Positions 1 to 12,640 of a stretch of 64,000 nucleotides of DNA are shown one piece after another. Source of the stretch: Lama guanicoe (lineage: Eukaryota). Made by a program: the position numbers and the translations under genes. The stretch covers positions 3,366,399-3,430,398 of the forward strand of contig MU053934.1 of the NCBI GenBank assembly GCA_013239625.1, given 5' to 3'. How positions within the stretch are numbered: position 1 is the stretch's first letter; the number at the start of each line of letters is the position of its first letter. The notes under the pieces are model-generated. The model was not told the origin of the DNA. It made no database searches and saw only the letters and a program-made list of their open reading frames with translations.

Positions 1-262
1 TTGCGCAGCCCGAGTTTAGGGTCGTGCTAAATGTATATGCTCAGTTGAGTTCACCTAATGATGTCTCTTTCTCTTCCACTGCCCAGTGTCTGCCTAGGGT
101 CGCTCGGTGCAGTAGGGGACCTACCCGGCCATGGGGGACCTACTTCTCTGGGACCTATTCCATGGGGGTGGGAAGGAAGGGGGAGGACGGGGAGTCGTTT
201 ATGGCCAATCGCAGGTGTCTGGGCCAGAAGCATCTTTAAGACTATCACCTTTCATTAGCTGT

Positions 263-760
263 AAAAAAAAAAAGAAGGAAGAAGGAAACCCTGCCATTTG
301 CAGCAACGTGGATGGACCTAGAGGGCCTTACACTAAGTGAAATAAGTCAAACAGAGAAAGACAAGTACTGTATGATCTCACATGTGGAATCCAAAAAAAA
401 AAATAAAGAACTTATGGAAACAGAACAGATTGGTGGTTGCCAGGGTGGGAGCTATGAGAATGGGAAAACGGGTGAAGGGAGTCAAAATGTACAAACTTCC
501 AGTTACAAGATAATAAATTGTGGAGATGTAATCTACAGCAGGGCGATTATAGTTAACAATACTGTATTGTATATTTGAAAGTTGCTAAGAGAGTTTTTTA
601 GTTCTCCTGGCAAGAAAAAAACAATTTGTAACTAGGCGAGGTGATAGATGTTAACTAAACTTAATTGTGGTGATCATTTCACAATAGATACACGTATCAA
701 ATCATTGTGTGTACACCTCAACTAATAGAATGCTGTGCATCAATTATATCTCAATAAAAC
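263..760 (+). mobile_element. 5'-truncated LINE-1 3' end (end of ORF2 + 3'UTR)
   Basis: Translation MDLEGLTLSEISQTEKDKYCMISHVES matches the L1 ORF2 C-terminus. A typical L1 3'UTR follows, ending CTCAATAAA at ~750-758. Confidence 0.85.
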
Positions 761-3607
761 TGGAGGGAAAGACTGCCATTTTACAGAAATTGGGGGAAAT
801 GTGACCCAAGGCTTCAGCAGCCTGGGTGAGCCCTGGGTTCCCCAAGGCAGGGACAGCAGGGCACCTGGAGGAGCACAAGGTATGGCCACCGGGAGCCACC
901 CTCTAGCATCACATGAGCATCCACAGGGGCCAAAGGGCGGAGATGTGGCTGAATCCCCACCTTCTCTTTCCCCCGTGACTACCCTCAGCAGCCTTGGCAG
1001 CAGCAGAGTAGAAAGGCAACTCACCCTCATTCCAATTCAGATCAATTACAGAGAGATTTGTGTCTGCCTAACCTGGGGCTCCCTGGGGGCTGGGAGCTGG
1101 GCTGAGCTGAGGGGTCCTGTTTGGCAAGTGCAGGGCTGGCCTGGGAGAAGACAGAGAAAGCAGCCAGAAATTGAAGCTTAGCTTCTCCGACCCAGACCCC
1201 TTCCCCATGACTGTACCACCCAGGCACATCGCAGGTCCTCTCTGTGCCTCAGTTTGCCCCTCTGCACCACAAGGTAATTGCAGGCAGGAGCCTATCCCAC
1301 CTGCCTCTGACCCTCCTCCTGAGAGAAGATGGAAACCCCAAGGCGGATGCAGGACACAGCCAAGGCTGCCATGGGATGCCATAAGCCACCCGCCAGCTTT
1401 TCAGGGAGCACATCCCAAAGGAGGCAGCCACTCAGGAATGCTGCCTGGGGGCCCGAAATTCCAGAAAAAAAGCCTACAGAATTGTCTGGGCTGAGTCAGT
1501 AGGAAAGGCGGGCTGGGGGACCTGCCAGCTCTGAGTCACTGGGGCCTTACTGGCTTGCATGCCTTCCTTTGTTGCCTGCCAGAACCAAACGTGGGATCCT
1601 GCAGACCCAGGTTCAAATTCCACTTCAGCGAGGTCGTGACCCTGGGCAATGGAGACAATAACTGTTGTGTGCCATTAACTGAACGACTTTATGTAACATG
1701 CTTGGCATGAAGTTGGCACTCGTAACAACAATAGCAAACCGTTTTGACTGTGTACTGGACATATTAGAGCATTATGTATATTATGTTTTCCAGAATTAGC
1801 TCCTTAAAATCTTAACAAACAGCTAGAACACATAGAGTCACAGAGGCCATTTTGTTGGTGCTGCGCTAAGCCTGCGGTGGGGGGTGGGGGGGTGGGGGGG
1901 CCTGCCCTGTCCTGCGTGATCCTCCCTCCCCCTCCCACCCAGGCCCACTTGCCAGGTCGTTTCCCCACCCAGTCTCTGTCTGCAGCCCTGTTTGGTGTCC
2001 TGGACCAGTCACTTTAGGTTAAGTCGCTTGCAACGGTAAGAAGACGGAGTCCTCTGTTTGAGGGACATCAAAAACTAAAGTTGAGGAAGAGGCAAGAGAA
2101 GGAAAGGCAATCCAGGCAGAAGGAACAGCCAGTGCAAAGGCCCAGGGGCCGGAAATCTCACTTTCTGTTCCCCACCCCAGGACCCCCCATTCCCCTCACT
2201 TGCTCGGACTTGCCCCCTTCCGAGCCATCAGTGCTGCTCAGGGTAGTCCCCATGACTCAGACCCCACCCCGGGGGAGGAGATGAGGTGCGGGGGCGGTCC
2301 TGCCTGGAAGGCCGGTGAATAATCATCCCACCAGCGTTCAATGTTCACTCACCTCCCAGAGAGAGCTCAGACCCGGTGCAGGGCACTGAACTCATCCGTC
2401 TCTCACGCAAGAGCAGGGGGCGGGGCTTGTTGCTCTCCCAGGCCGGGTGAGGAAGCCAAGGCTCAGGTACGGCCATCAGCAAAGCTGCTCTGTCCCAGTC
2501 AGAAGCCTGTTGACTTCAGCGCGCTCTTGGGAGGATGAACAGCCTGCGTGTGGACAAGGTTTGAACCCTACTCTACTCCTCACTTGTGACTGGACTTTGG
2601 GGAGCCGGAACCTCCTTTCGTGACCTCATTTTCCCCTACGTGTGCAGTGGGGGTGGCCTGATGAAATGAACCCGCAGCAGGGCACAGGCCTGCATTCAAA
2701 CCCCGACTCGGTGCCTCCGTCTCCTTATCTGTAAATGGGGATAGGTAAAATAGAACGTACCGGATAGGGCTGTTCTGACGATGAAATAATATTCACAAAG
2801 TGCCCTGCACGTAGTAGGTATTCAGTATAGTGATGGCTGTTGCAATCCATCAGGGCTCTATCTGCTGGGGAGATCCCGCCCTCCCCCCAACCTCCTGGTC
2901 CAAGTCCCGCACACTTGGACCCTGTGGAACCCCTGCACTGGTCCCACCTCCTCTGGCTGGAATGCCTTTCCCTTCCCTTTTCTCCTGACTGTTCCTCCAT
3001 ATCCTTTGTTCTGGCCCACAGGTCCCCTCCCCTGTGAGGTTTCTCTGTCCACCCTGTGGAAAGGAGGTCTTCCACGTTCTATGTCTGCCCTTTGAGTGCT
3101 CATGAAAATCTGTCAACTCTTTGATGTATTTGTCCCTTTCTATCCCCCATAGAATGTAAGGCCCTGACAGCCAGTGTGGCATCCACATCCTTCACTGCTG
3201 CATCCCTAGAGCCTATCTCTGTGCCTGGTACACAGCTGGTACTCCAGAGATACAGGCAGAATGAACAAATGAATGAATCATCCATATTAGGTTTCTGATG
3301 GTTCTTACACCCTGAAGAAGCCCCCAGAGCTCCGAGATGACGAGACCCCAGGGCCTGGAGCCATCATAATAACTGCCAACATTACAGAGTGCTTCTTGTG
3401 TGCTGGGCCATTCTGAGTGCTTTCCATGAATTAATCCCTTTAACCCTTGCAATAGACATGAGAAGTAGCCACTGTTACTACCCCATTTTATGGATGAGGA
3501 CACTGAGGCTCTAAGTTAAGTACCTTGCCCAAGGGCACCCACCTGGGAAGTGGGAGATCTGGAATTTGAACCCAGACAGAGTCTGGTTCTGGAATCAACT
3601 TGCTTTT

Positions 3608-3741
3608 TTTTTTTTTAAATAGGCACATTTTTTAGAGCTGTTTTAAGTTCACAGCAAAATTGAGCAGAAGGTGTAGACATTTCCTGTATACCTTCTGCCT
3701 CCTGAGAGGCATAACCTGTCTCTTTATCACCATCTCCCATC
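3608..3741 (-). mobile_element. Short antisense L1 3'-end fragment with 14-bp target-site duplication
   Basis: Poly-T tail followed by L1M-like 3'UTR sequence, flanked by ATCAACTTGCTTTT at 3594-3607 and 3742-3755. Confidence 0.75.
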
Positions 3742-3959
3742 ATCAACTTGCTTTTCAACACTGCCCAACACTGCAAACAGGAAGGCTTCCTGGAGGAGGC
3801 AGGGCAGTAGCACGATGTGGAAGAGTGGAATAGATTCCTGCACCACAGACAGGGCAGCTTGTTGGTGCAGTAGGAAACTGGATGTTCCCGGGTGCGACTG
3901 GATGAGTGGCAGAGAGAGGGCCTGGAAAAAGCCCTGAGGAATAAAGTTACCAGATGTTC

Positions 3960-4420
3960 CTGCTGTCTATTGATGCATATCAATCCACCCAAAACACAGT
4001 AGCATAAAACAACAACCACCATTTGCGTAGCTCATGAATCTGCACTTGGGTGACTCATCTCTGTTCACGTGGCATCAGTTGGGATCAAAGGACAACTAGA
4101 GGTTGGCCAGCTGGGGGTCCACGGGCACCTCTGTCAGCAGTCTCCCTGCGTGGTCTCTAAGCTCCGCAGCATCAGGGCAGCCAGCTTCGCACATGGCCTG
4201 TCCAAAGAGGGCCAGAGCAATCATTGCCTTTTATGACCTGGCCTTGGACGTCAGCCAGTGTCATTTCTGTCACACTTTATTGGTCAAACGGTTTGCCCAG
4301 GGTGGGGTTGGCAGCGGGAGCATGGACTGTACCTCTTGATGGAGGAGTGACAAGGTTCTGAAAGAGCACGTGTGGAGTGAAAAATACTGTGCTGGACATT
4401 TTTGAAAATGTATTCTATCA
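3960..4420. mobile_element. MLT1-type (MaLR) solo LTR, old
   Basis: Pattern ...CCACCCAAAACACAGTAGCATAAAACAACAACC..GCTCATGAATCTGC...TTTTATGACCT..TCATTTCTG is typical of MLT1 LTRs. Recognised by eye; ends approximate. Confidence 0.6.
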
Positions 4421-4539
4421 CAGAGGGTGACTGGGGCTGGATCACAGCGTCAGCCCAGGACCTGCTCTCCCTGTGCACTCAGTCTCCAAGTCCTGCTTCC
4501 AGGGACTGCATGCCTCAAAGCTTTTTATAAAGCTATTAA

Positions 4540-5200
4540 AAAATATTTAGTTAGGTATAAAACACAATAAGATGCACAGATCTTAAGCGGGAATGCAATG
4601 GGGTTTGATCGAAGTCTATACCTGGGTGACCACCACCCAGATCAAGACAATGGCTGTTTCCAGTGCCCAGTGAAGACCTCCTCAGAGGCAACTACTCCTC
4701 TGTCCTCTGTCGCCACGGATTATTTCACCTATTTTTGTTCTTCATAGAAACAGAATCACCCAGTGTGTGCTCTTTTGTCTTTGGAGTCTTTCATTCACCA
4801 CGTGTCAATGAGATTCTTCCATGCAGGTACGTGTATTTGCAGAGTATCCAGTCTCGTTACTGAATAGTATCCTGTTTCGTGAATATACTGTTTAGTGGAC
4901 ATGTGGGGTTCCTACCTGAGGGCTATTACAAATACTGCTGCTGTGACTAGTCATGAGCACTTCTTCCAATAAACATACGTACGCATTTCTGTTGGACTCA
5001 CATCCAGAGGTCAGGTTGCTTGGTCATAGGGTTGGCATGTGTTCAGCCACAGTAGATCTGCCAAGAAGTCTTGCCACAGGCTTGTACCGTTTCCCACTGC
5101 CACAGGTGGTGGGTGAGAGTTCCACACCCTCACCAGCACTTACTGTGGGCACTTTCCTTTTAGTCTATCGATTGGAGGTGGAGTGGAAACTAGTTTTCTA
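4540..5200 (-). mobile_element. Old antisense L1M fragment
   Basis: Degenerate L1M 3' region motifs in reverse (ACCACCCAGATCAAG, TTCATTCA, GGCTATTACAAATA..GCTGCT). Confidence 0.6.
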
Positions 5201-5532
5201 AATCTCATGAAGAGCCACCGTTTCTAAGACAGCTTCAAGGCGAGATGACAGGAAGGTAAACACCGTGTACAGTGGGGAGCCGACAGGAGCATCTCGCTAG
5301 TGTTTTGCTTGGCTTTCCTTTATTTTATATGTTGATTTTTTTAATTGAGGTGATTACAGATTGTTAAATTCCAACATAAAGCATGTGTGAGCACTTCTTG
5401 AAAAACTACTGGGTAACAGCAAGCAGCTAAGAGGCAACTCTAAATAAATGAACTCAGAAATGGAGGAGCTGTGGGGAAAGGACTGAGATGAACATCGAAT
5501 CCACTTCAATATAGAATTAAAACTACACAAGT

Positions 5533-5690
5533 GGGAGAGGGTACAGCTCAGTGGTAGAGTGCCTGCTTAGCAAGCACTAGGTCCTGGGTTCAATTCCCAG
5601 TACATCCGTTAAACAATGAATCAATCAATAAATAAACAGATCTAATTACTTCCCCCCAAATAAATAAACAAGACAATAAAACGTTAAAAA
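5533..5690 (+). mobile_element. tRNA-Ala-derived SINE (camelid Vic-1-like)
   Basis: GAGGGTACAGCTCAGTGGTAGAG..CTTAGC..GGTTCAAT head, CTAATTACTTCCCC motif and A-rich tail. TSD AAAACTA(C/T)ACAAGTG. Confidence 0.85.
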
Positions 5691-8462
5691 AAACTATACA
5701 AGTGAAGAAGTTATGGCGAAAAAACAATTTAAGTGTTGTAAATGCCAACAAAGCAAAAATAATATGAACCATCATATCTGGGAAGTGATAGGAGGGGAAG
5801 CGGGAGAAAATGTAAAGGAGCAAATTCATCTTTTATTTCAAAGAAATGATACATGATGATTAAACTGGAACATGTTTTTTATTGAAGTATAGTCAGTTAC
5901 AACGTGTCAATTTCTGATGTACAGCATAATGAAATGTCGTTTTCAAAAAATGACTCCAAATATTCCAAGTCTGTAAGACTGTCAGACTAGATAAAAATAA
6001 CAAACTCAGATTTATGCTACTTACAAGAGACATGATTTAAATAAAACAGGAAGACTGAAAATGAAAGTGCAGAAAGAGATATATACCACACAAATTATAA
6101 CCCCAAAATTCTGCCTTAGCTGTCCCAGTGTCACAGAGTAGACTTTAAGACAGGAAGCAGTACTAGAAATAAAAGGGGCGTATCTATCTGGAAGACAGCA
6201 TAATCCCAAATTTGTATGTACCCAATCTCAGAGCTTCAAAATACAAGCAAAACAATTGAACAGGCAAAATAGACAAACCTGTAGTCATGGTAGGAGACTC
6301 TTAACAAATATCTCTCAAAAATTTACATGAATTTAGCAAAGTCATTAGAAACAGGGTCTATATATGAAATCAACTATATTTCTCTCCACTGGTCACAAAT
6401 ATAAAACAATATTTTAAAATTGAAACCGTTAAACTCCTAGGAGAAAATATAAGAGAAAATCTAGATGACTTTGGGTTTGGTGATGACTTTTTTGATACAA
6501 CACCAAAGGCATAATCCACGAAGGAAATAATTGATAAGCTGGACTTCATTAAAACTGAAAATTTGTGCTCTGCAAAAGATACTGCCTAGAGAATGAGAAG
6601 ACAAGCCATAGACTGGGAGAAAATATTCCAAAAAATGTATCTGATAAATGACTGTTATCCAAAATATACAAAACTCTTAAAACTCAACAATAAGAAGATG
6701 AACAATCTGACTTAAAAAGGAGCAAAACATCTGCACAGACACCTCCAGGGAAGATGTACAGATGTCCAAAAAGCGTATGAAAAGATGCTCAGTATCTTGT
6801 GTCAGTAGGGAATTGCAACACAACAATGAAATGCTACTATGCACCTATTAAAATGGCCAAAATCCATAACACTGACAACACCAAACGCTGGCGAGGATGT
6901 GGCACGACAGGAACTGACATTCATGGCTTGTGAGAATGCAAAATGGTACAGCCACTTTGGGAGACAGCTTGGCAGTTTCTTACCCCATTAAACATACTCT
7001 TCTGATCCAGCAGTCACACAGTCCTTGTTAGTATTTACCCAAACAATTTGAAAACTTAAGTCCACACAAACACCTGCACATGAATGTTTCTGGCAGCTTT
7101 ATTCATAACTGCCAAAAACTTGGAAGCAACCAAGATGTTCTATCTTGGTAAACAAACAAACTGTGGTACATCCAGAGAACAGAATATTATTCAGTGCTAA
7201 AAAGAAATGAGCTATTAAGCCATGAAAAGACATGGAGGAAACTTAAATGCATATTACTAAGTTAAAGGAGACGATCTGAAAAGGCTACATACTCTATGAT
7301 TCCAATTATATGACATTCTGAAAAAGGCAAACCATGGAGATTAGTGGTTGTGGGGAAGGAGGGATGAACAGATGGAGCGCAGAGAATTTTTAGGGCAGTG
7401 GGATTATTCTGGATGGTACTATAACGGTGGATGCATGTCATTATACATTTGTCAAAATCCAGAGGATGTACAACACCAAGAGTGAACCTTTATGTAAACT
7501 ATGGACTTTGGGTGACAATATGTCAATGTAGTTTCATTGATTAAAACAATGGGGCGTTGATAGCTGGGGGAAGCTATGCATGCGAGGACAGGGGATATGT
7601 GAGAATTCTCAGTACTTTCCACTCACTTGTGCAGTGAACCTAAAACTGCTGTGAAAAATAAAACCCAGTTTTTAAAAATTGAAGTTGTATATGGGAATAT
7701 CAAAAACAACAACTTCCTAGAAAGAAATCAAACAAAAGGTGTGCATGACCTCTACACTGAAAATTACAAAATATTATCGTGTTAGTCATTAGGAGAATGA
7801 AATAAGAACCACAGTGTCCCATTTCAGACCTGCTAGGATGGCTATAGTCAAACTGACAAACAATAACAAGTGTTGGCCAGAATGTGGAGAAATTAGAACC
7901 CGCTCACATTGCTAGTAGGAATGTAAAGTGGGGCAGCTGCTTTGGAAAACAGTTCAGCCGTTCCTTAAAAAGTTCAATATAAAGTTACCGGAAGACCCAG
8001 CAATCTCATCTCTAGGTATGAAATACCCAGGAGAATTGAAATATTTGCCCACACAAAGACGTATACATGATATTCACAGCAGTATTATTCATAATAGCCC
8101 CAAAGTAGAAACAACCCAAATGTCCATCAATTTGATGGATGGATGGATGAACAAAAGGTGTATATCCTGACCATGGAACACTAGTTAGCCATAATAAGGA
8201 ACTAAGTAATGATATATGCTCCAGCAAGGACAAACCTTGAAAACATGATGCTAAGTGAAAGAAGGTAAACACAAAAGGTCACAGATTTTATGATTCCATT
8301 TATATTAAAGGTCCAAAATAGGTAAATTCACAGAGACAGAAAGTAACTAGCAGTTGCCAAGGGCTGGGGGGAGGGGCACGGAGGGAATGACTGCTAATGC
8401 GCATGGAGTTCCTTAGGGAAACTCTTTCTTTGGGGAGTGATAAAAATAATCTGGAATTAGGT

Positions 8463-8755
8463 GGGGGAGGGTATAGCTCAGTGGTAGACTGCCTGCTTAG
8501 CATGCATGTCATCCTGGGTTCAATCCCCAGTACCTCCATCAAGAAATAAATATATAGGTGGGGAGGGTATAGCCCAGTGGTAGAGTGCATGCCTAGCATG
8601 TGCAAGGTCCTGGGTTCAATACTCGGTACCTGCAATCAATCAATCAGTCAATACCTAATTACCTACCCCCCCAAAAAAAGATTTTTTTAAAGAAATAAGT
8701 AAATAAAACCTAATTACCTCCCCCCAAAAAAACATTTTTTAAATAAATAAAAATA
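8463..8755 (+). mobile_element. Two nested tRNA-Ala-derived SINEs (inner copy ~8560-8690 inside the A-rich linker of the outer copy)
   Basis: Two heads (8463, 8560) are followed by two ACCTAATTACCT-C-run tails. Outer TSD AATAAT(C/T)T(G/A)GAATTAG. Confidence 0.85.
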
Positions 8756-9504
8756 ATAATTTAGAATTAGATAGTGGTGATGATGGTACAACTTTGTAAA
8801 TATACTAAAAGTCCACTAAAGTGTACACTTTAAGTGGGTGACTTTTGTGGTATGTGAATTACATCTCATTTTTTTTAAATGTTAATAACATTATTGTGTG
8901 AAAGTAATAAGATCTAAATAAACTGAGGGATATATCATTTTCATAGATTAGAAGAGTCAATATTAGAAATATATCAGTTCTTCTCAGATTACTCTACAAA
9001 TTCAATATAATCCCAATCAAAATCCCAGATGTCTTTTCCCCTGAAGTTAACAAGCTGATTCTAAAATGTATATGGAGAAATGTTAGCTATCTTGATTGCA
9101 GTGTGGTTTCATGGGTGTATACATCTATAAAACTTCATCAAATTGTACATCTGAAATATGTGCAGTTTACTGTCCAGGAACCATACCGCAAAAAAGATGT
9201 TTGGAAAACTAAAATAAAATGTATATGGAGCTGCAAAGGAAAACCCATTTTTATCAAATAAAGAACAAAACCAGGGAACTTACTATACCAGACATGAAGA
9301 ACTATTGTAAGGACAGGAATTTAAATAGTGTGGTGTTGCTATAATAGACAAACAGACTAATGGAACAGAATAGAGTCCAGAAACAAACCCACACATGACA
9401 CAAAGTGACACTGCAGTGTGGTGGGAGAAGGATGATGTTTTCAGTAAATAGTGCTGGGTCAACTGGAGAGGCTGTTGTGAAGAAAAAAATGCATCTTGAC
9501 CCCT

Positions 9505-9797
9505 ATAATACTTCCTGTGGCTGCTGTAAAAAATTACCACGAACCTGTGGCTTTAAACAGTAGAACTTAATACCCTTCACAGTTCTGGAGGTCAGAAGTC
9601 CAGAATCAGTATCACTGGGCCAAAAATCAATGTGTTAACAGAGCCAGCCTCCCCCTGGAGGCTCTAGGGGAGAATCTGTTGCTTGCCTCTTCCAGTTTCT
9701 GGAGTTGCAGGCATTCCTTGGTTCATGGCTGCATCAATCTAATTGCGAGGCCAGCAACTTCCAGTGTGTGTGTCTCTCTCTGCTGTTTCTTCATAAG

Positions 9798-9845
<48 letters not shown>

Positions 9846-10020
9846 TGTGTGTGAAATCTCCTTCTGCCTTCTTCTTATAAGGGTGCATGTGGTTGTATTT
9901 AGGGCCCAACTAGATAATCCAGGATAATCTATTTCAAGACCTTTAACTTAATTACATCTGCAAACCCTTTGACGTATAAAATAACAGGTTCCAGGGATTA
10001 GGAGGTGTGCATCTTTGGGA
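9505..10020 (-). mobile_element. MLT1-type (MaLR) LTR
   Basis: GGCTGCTGTAA..AATTACCAC...CACAGTTCTGGAGG.CAGAAGTCCA...GGATAATCT..CACATCTGCAAA motifs; flanked by GACCCC on both sides. Confidence 0.7.
9805..9853. repeat. (GT)n microsatellite, ~24 units with one interruption
   Basis: Read directly from the sequence. Confidence 0.95.
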
Positions 10021-12239
10021 GCCCATTTTTCAGCCTAATATGACCCCTACCTCACGCCATAAACAGAAATAAATGCCAGACCTAAATGCGAAAGATTAAA
10101 ACAATGAAGCCTTAGAAGAAAGCACAAGAGAACATCTTCATGACCTTAAAACAGGAAAGGTTTTCTTAAACCATAAACAAAAAAGCAAGTCATTTTTTAA
10201 ATAGAGTATATTAAATTTAAGAACTATCTTCAACAAAAAATGCGCTTAGAAGAGTTAAAAGACAACCCACAAAAGTGGGAGAGGATATTTGCAACACATA
10301 CATACAGCAAAAAAACCTTCTGCTTGAAATAAATATAGAACTCCCATAAATCAATATGAAGAACATCCAATATGAAAAGATACCCCAACCGAAGAATGGG
10401 AAAGACTTGAACAGCTAACAGAATACCCATGCAGCCAATAAACACAGGAAAAGTTGCTCAGTTTCATTAGCAATCAGGGAAATGCAAATTAAAACCACAG
10501 TGCAGTAGCGCTGCACAGCTGCCAGAATGGCTAAAGTGAAAAGGGCAGAAAATATCAAGTGTCAGAGAGGACATGGAGTGATCAGAACTGGTGGGAGTGT
10601 CAACTGTTACCATCACTTCGGAAAACTTTTTGGCAGCTTCTGCTACAACAGAACACATGTAGACTTTTGACCCAGCAATTCTGCCTCTAGGTGTAGACGC
10701 AACATGTTCCCCAAAAGACACATACCCCAGGAGAATATTCATAGCAACACTATTTGTAATGAAAACCTGGAGACTATCCAAATGTCCACCAACAGTAGAA
10801 TGGATAAGATACAATGTGGTATATTAACTCAGTGGAGCATCACACAGCCATACGGATAAAGAACGTACAAACACAGGCAACAGCATGGATGGATCCTACA
10901 AATAGAACGTTGAGTAAAAGGAGCTGCAGACAAAAGAGGACATGATTCCATTTACACAGAGAACAAAAGCAGATCAAAATCTTGAGAGCTCAGGACAGTG
11001 ATTCCCTTTGCAGGGAGTTGGAAGGAAACACCAAGGGGGCTCATGAGGAGCTGGCTGTGCTCATATCTTTGTGTGTGTGTTCACGTGTTTATCTGGGTGC
11101 TGGCTACGTGTCTTGTTCGTCCTGTATACACTTATGATATAGATAGATAGGTAGATATTTCGATAGAAAATTGTACTTCCAAAGTAAATTATATGTAATC
11201 ATATGGATTAAATGCAAAAATGTCATTAAGTAACAAAAGCAAATGCAAATTGTGTATTGCATGCCACTGTTTTTTAAAAAAATGGACGGGGTGACTATAC
11301 ACACGTGGGTGTATATATGTGTATGTACATATACACATATATGCATATGCAAAGATCCTTCCTGGAAGCATGTGGAAAAACTGCCATCGGCTTGTTGCCT
11401 CTCAGAGGGAACTTGTTAGCCTGCATAAAGTTGTTATCCTGTAAGTATATTTCTTAAACTATTAAATAGTTCACACATTTGAAAATGTTTAGAGAAAAAC
11501 AACAATCAGCTAAAAATTTTTTTAAAAGACCTATGTTTGGAAAGTATGGGTAAGCGGCAATGTCCCTGTGGTGCCTCAGCGAAGGGCTAAGTTCAGGGTT
11601 CTTTGGGTTTCTCTACAGGGGTCCCCTGGGGGGCTCATGTGCACCCCCCGCCCCCCTTACAGGTGGGAAACAGAGACTGAAAAGTCCCGCAGCCGCAGCA
11701 GCCCAGGTCGACAGGTCCCGCTCGCATTCGTGCAAGTGTTGGTTTTTGCCCTGCGGCTTTGGAGTCAGACAGATGTAGAAGGTGGTGTGACTTTGGCAAG
11801 TCACGGCCTCCCACAGCCGGGGTCTCTAGGTCTGGAAAATAGGGGTGGTAACCCCCACTTCGCACTGAGGCCGGCCAAACGGATGTGTGCCGGGAGGCTG
11901 GCGGACAGCTGGAGCTCTGTAGGTGGCCGCGACCGGCCACTTGTCCTCAGGGCAGGGACCTGGCCGAAGCCTCCCACCGCACTGCTCCGAAACGGACACA
12001 AGGTGGCGCCCACCCCCCACAGGTCCAGGAAGGTCCCCGTCTGAGGGCGTTGGCTGCTGGAAGGAGGGGAGGGAGGCAGCTGCTTCTGCACACGTGTACA
12101 CACACTTCTGGGCCCTGGGGGTGGGGCGCCGTGCCTACTCATGGAGGCAGGACTGGGGGTGCTGGGAGCCCAGAAGGAGGGGAAAGGGGAAAGACTCTCC
12201 ACCTAGGATAGAGCACTGGGATTAGAATTTAGGATCTTG

Positions 12240-12640
12240 AATTGTTTTGAATGGTAACCCCCACAAAAGATAGATCCACCAGAAACCGTAAGTGTGACTT
12301 TATTTGGAAAAAGCGTCTTTGCAGATGTAATTAAGATAAGGCTCTTGAGATGAGATCATCCTGGATTATCCAGGTGGGCCTGGAATCCAATGACAAGTGT
12401 TCTTGTGAGAAGAGACACCGACACGGAGAAGGTGACGTGGAAAGAGAAGCAGAGGTTGGAGCAGAACACCTGTGGTCTTCAGAAGCTTGAAGAAGCAAGG
12501 ATCCTCCCCTAGAGCCTTGTGAGGGAGCACAGCCTTGCCGACACAACAGTGAGACAATAAATCTCTTGTTTTAAAACCGAGTGCCTTCAGGCACCCAGTT
12601 TGTGTCATTCGCCACAGCAGCCACAGGAAATTGACCCAGA
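12240..12640 (+). mobile_element. MLT1C-like (MaLR) LTR
   Basis: TTATTTGGAAAAAG.GTCTTTGCAGATGTAATTAAG..GAGATGAGATCATCCTGGATTATCC..ACAATAAATCTCTTGTTTTAA..CAGCAGCCACAGGAAA. Confidence 0.7.

Larger units (their letters stand above)
5930..11100 (+). mobile_element. Nested L1 cluster: old L1M host interrupted by younger L1s (~6424-7674, ~7780-8880), an MLT1 LTR and SINEs
   Basis: Multiple degenerate ORF2/3'UTR segments (e.g. 7928-8170 GQLLWKTV..KKFNIKLPEDPAI). The host ORF2 sequence resumes after each insertion. Confidence 0.75.

Noticed and set aside
1..260. Mildly CpG-rich start with a CCAAT box, possibly the flank of the CARD10 promoter expected by synteny
   Set aside because: No CARD10 exon is visible in the window, so it cannot be supported.
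12004..12012. TGGCGCCC as a retroviral tRNA-Lys primer-binding site
   Set aside because: The match stops after 8 nt, and there is no upstream LTR or gag sequence.
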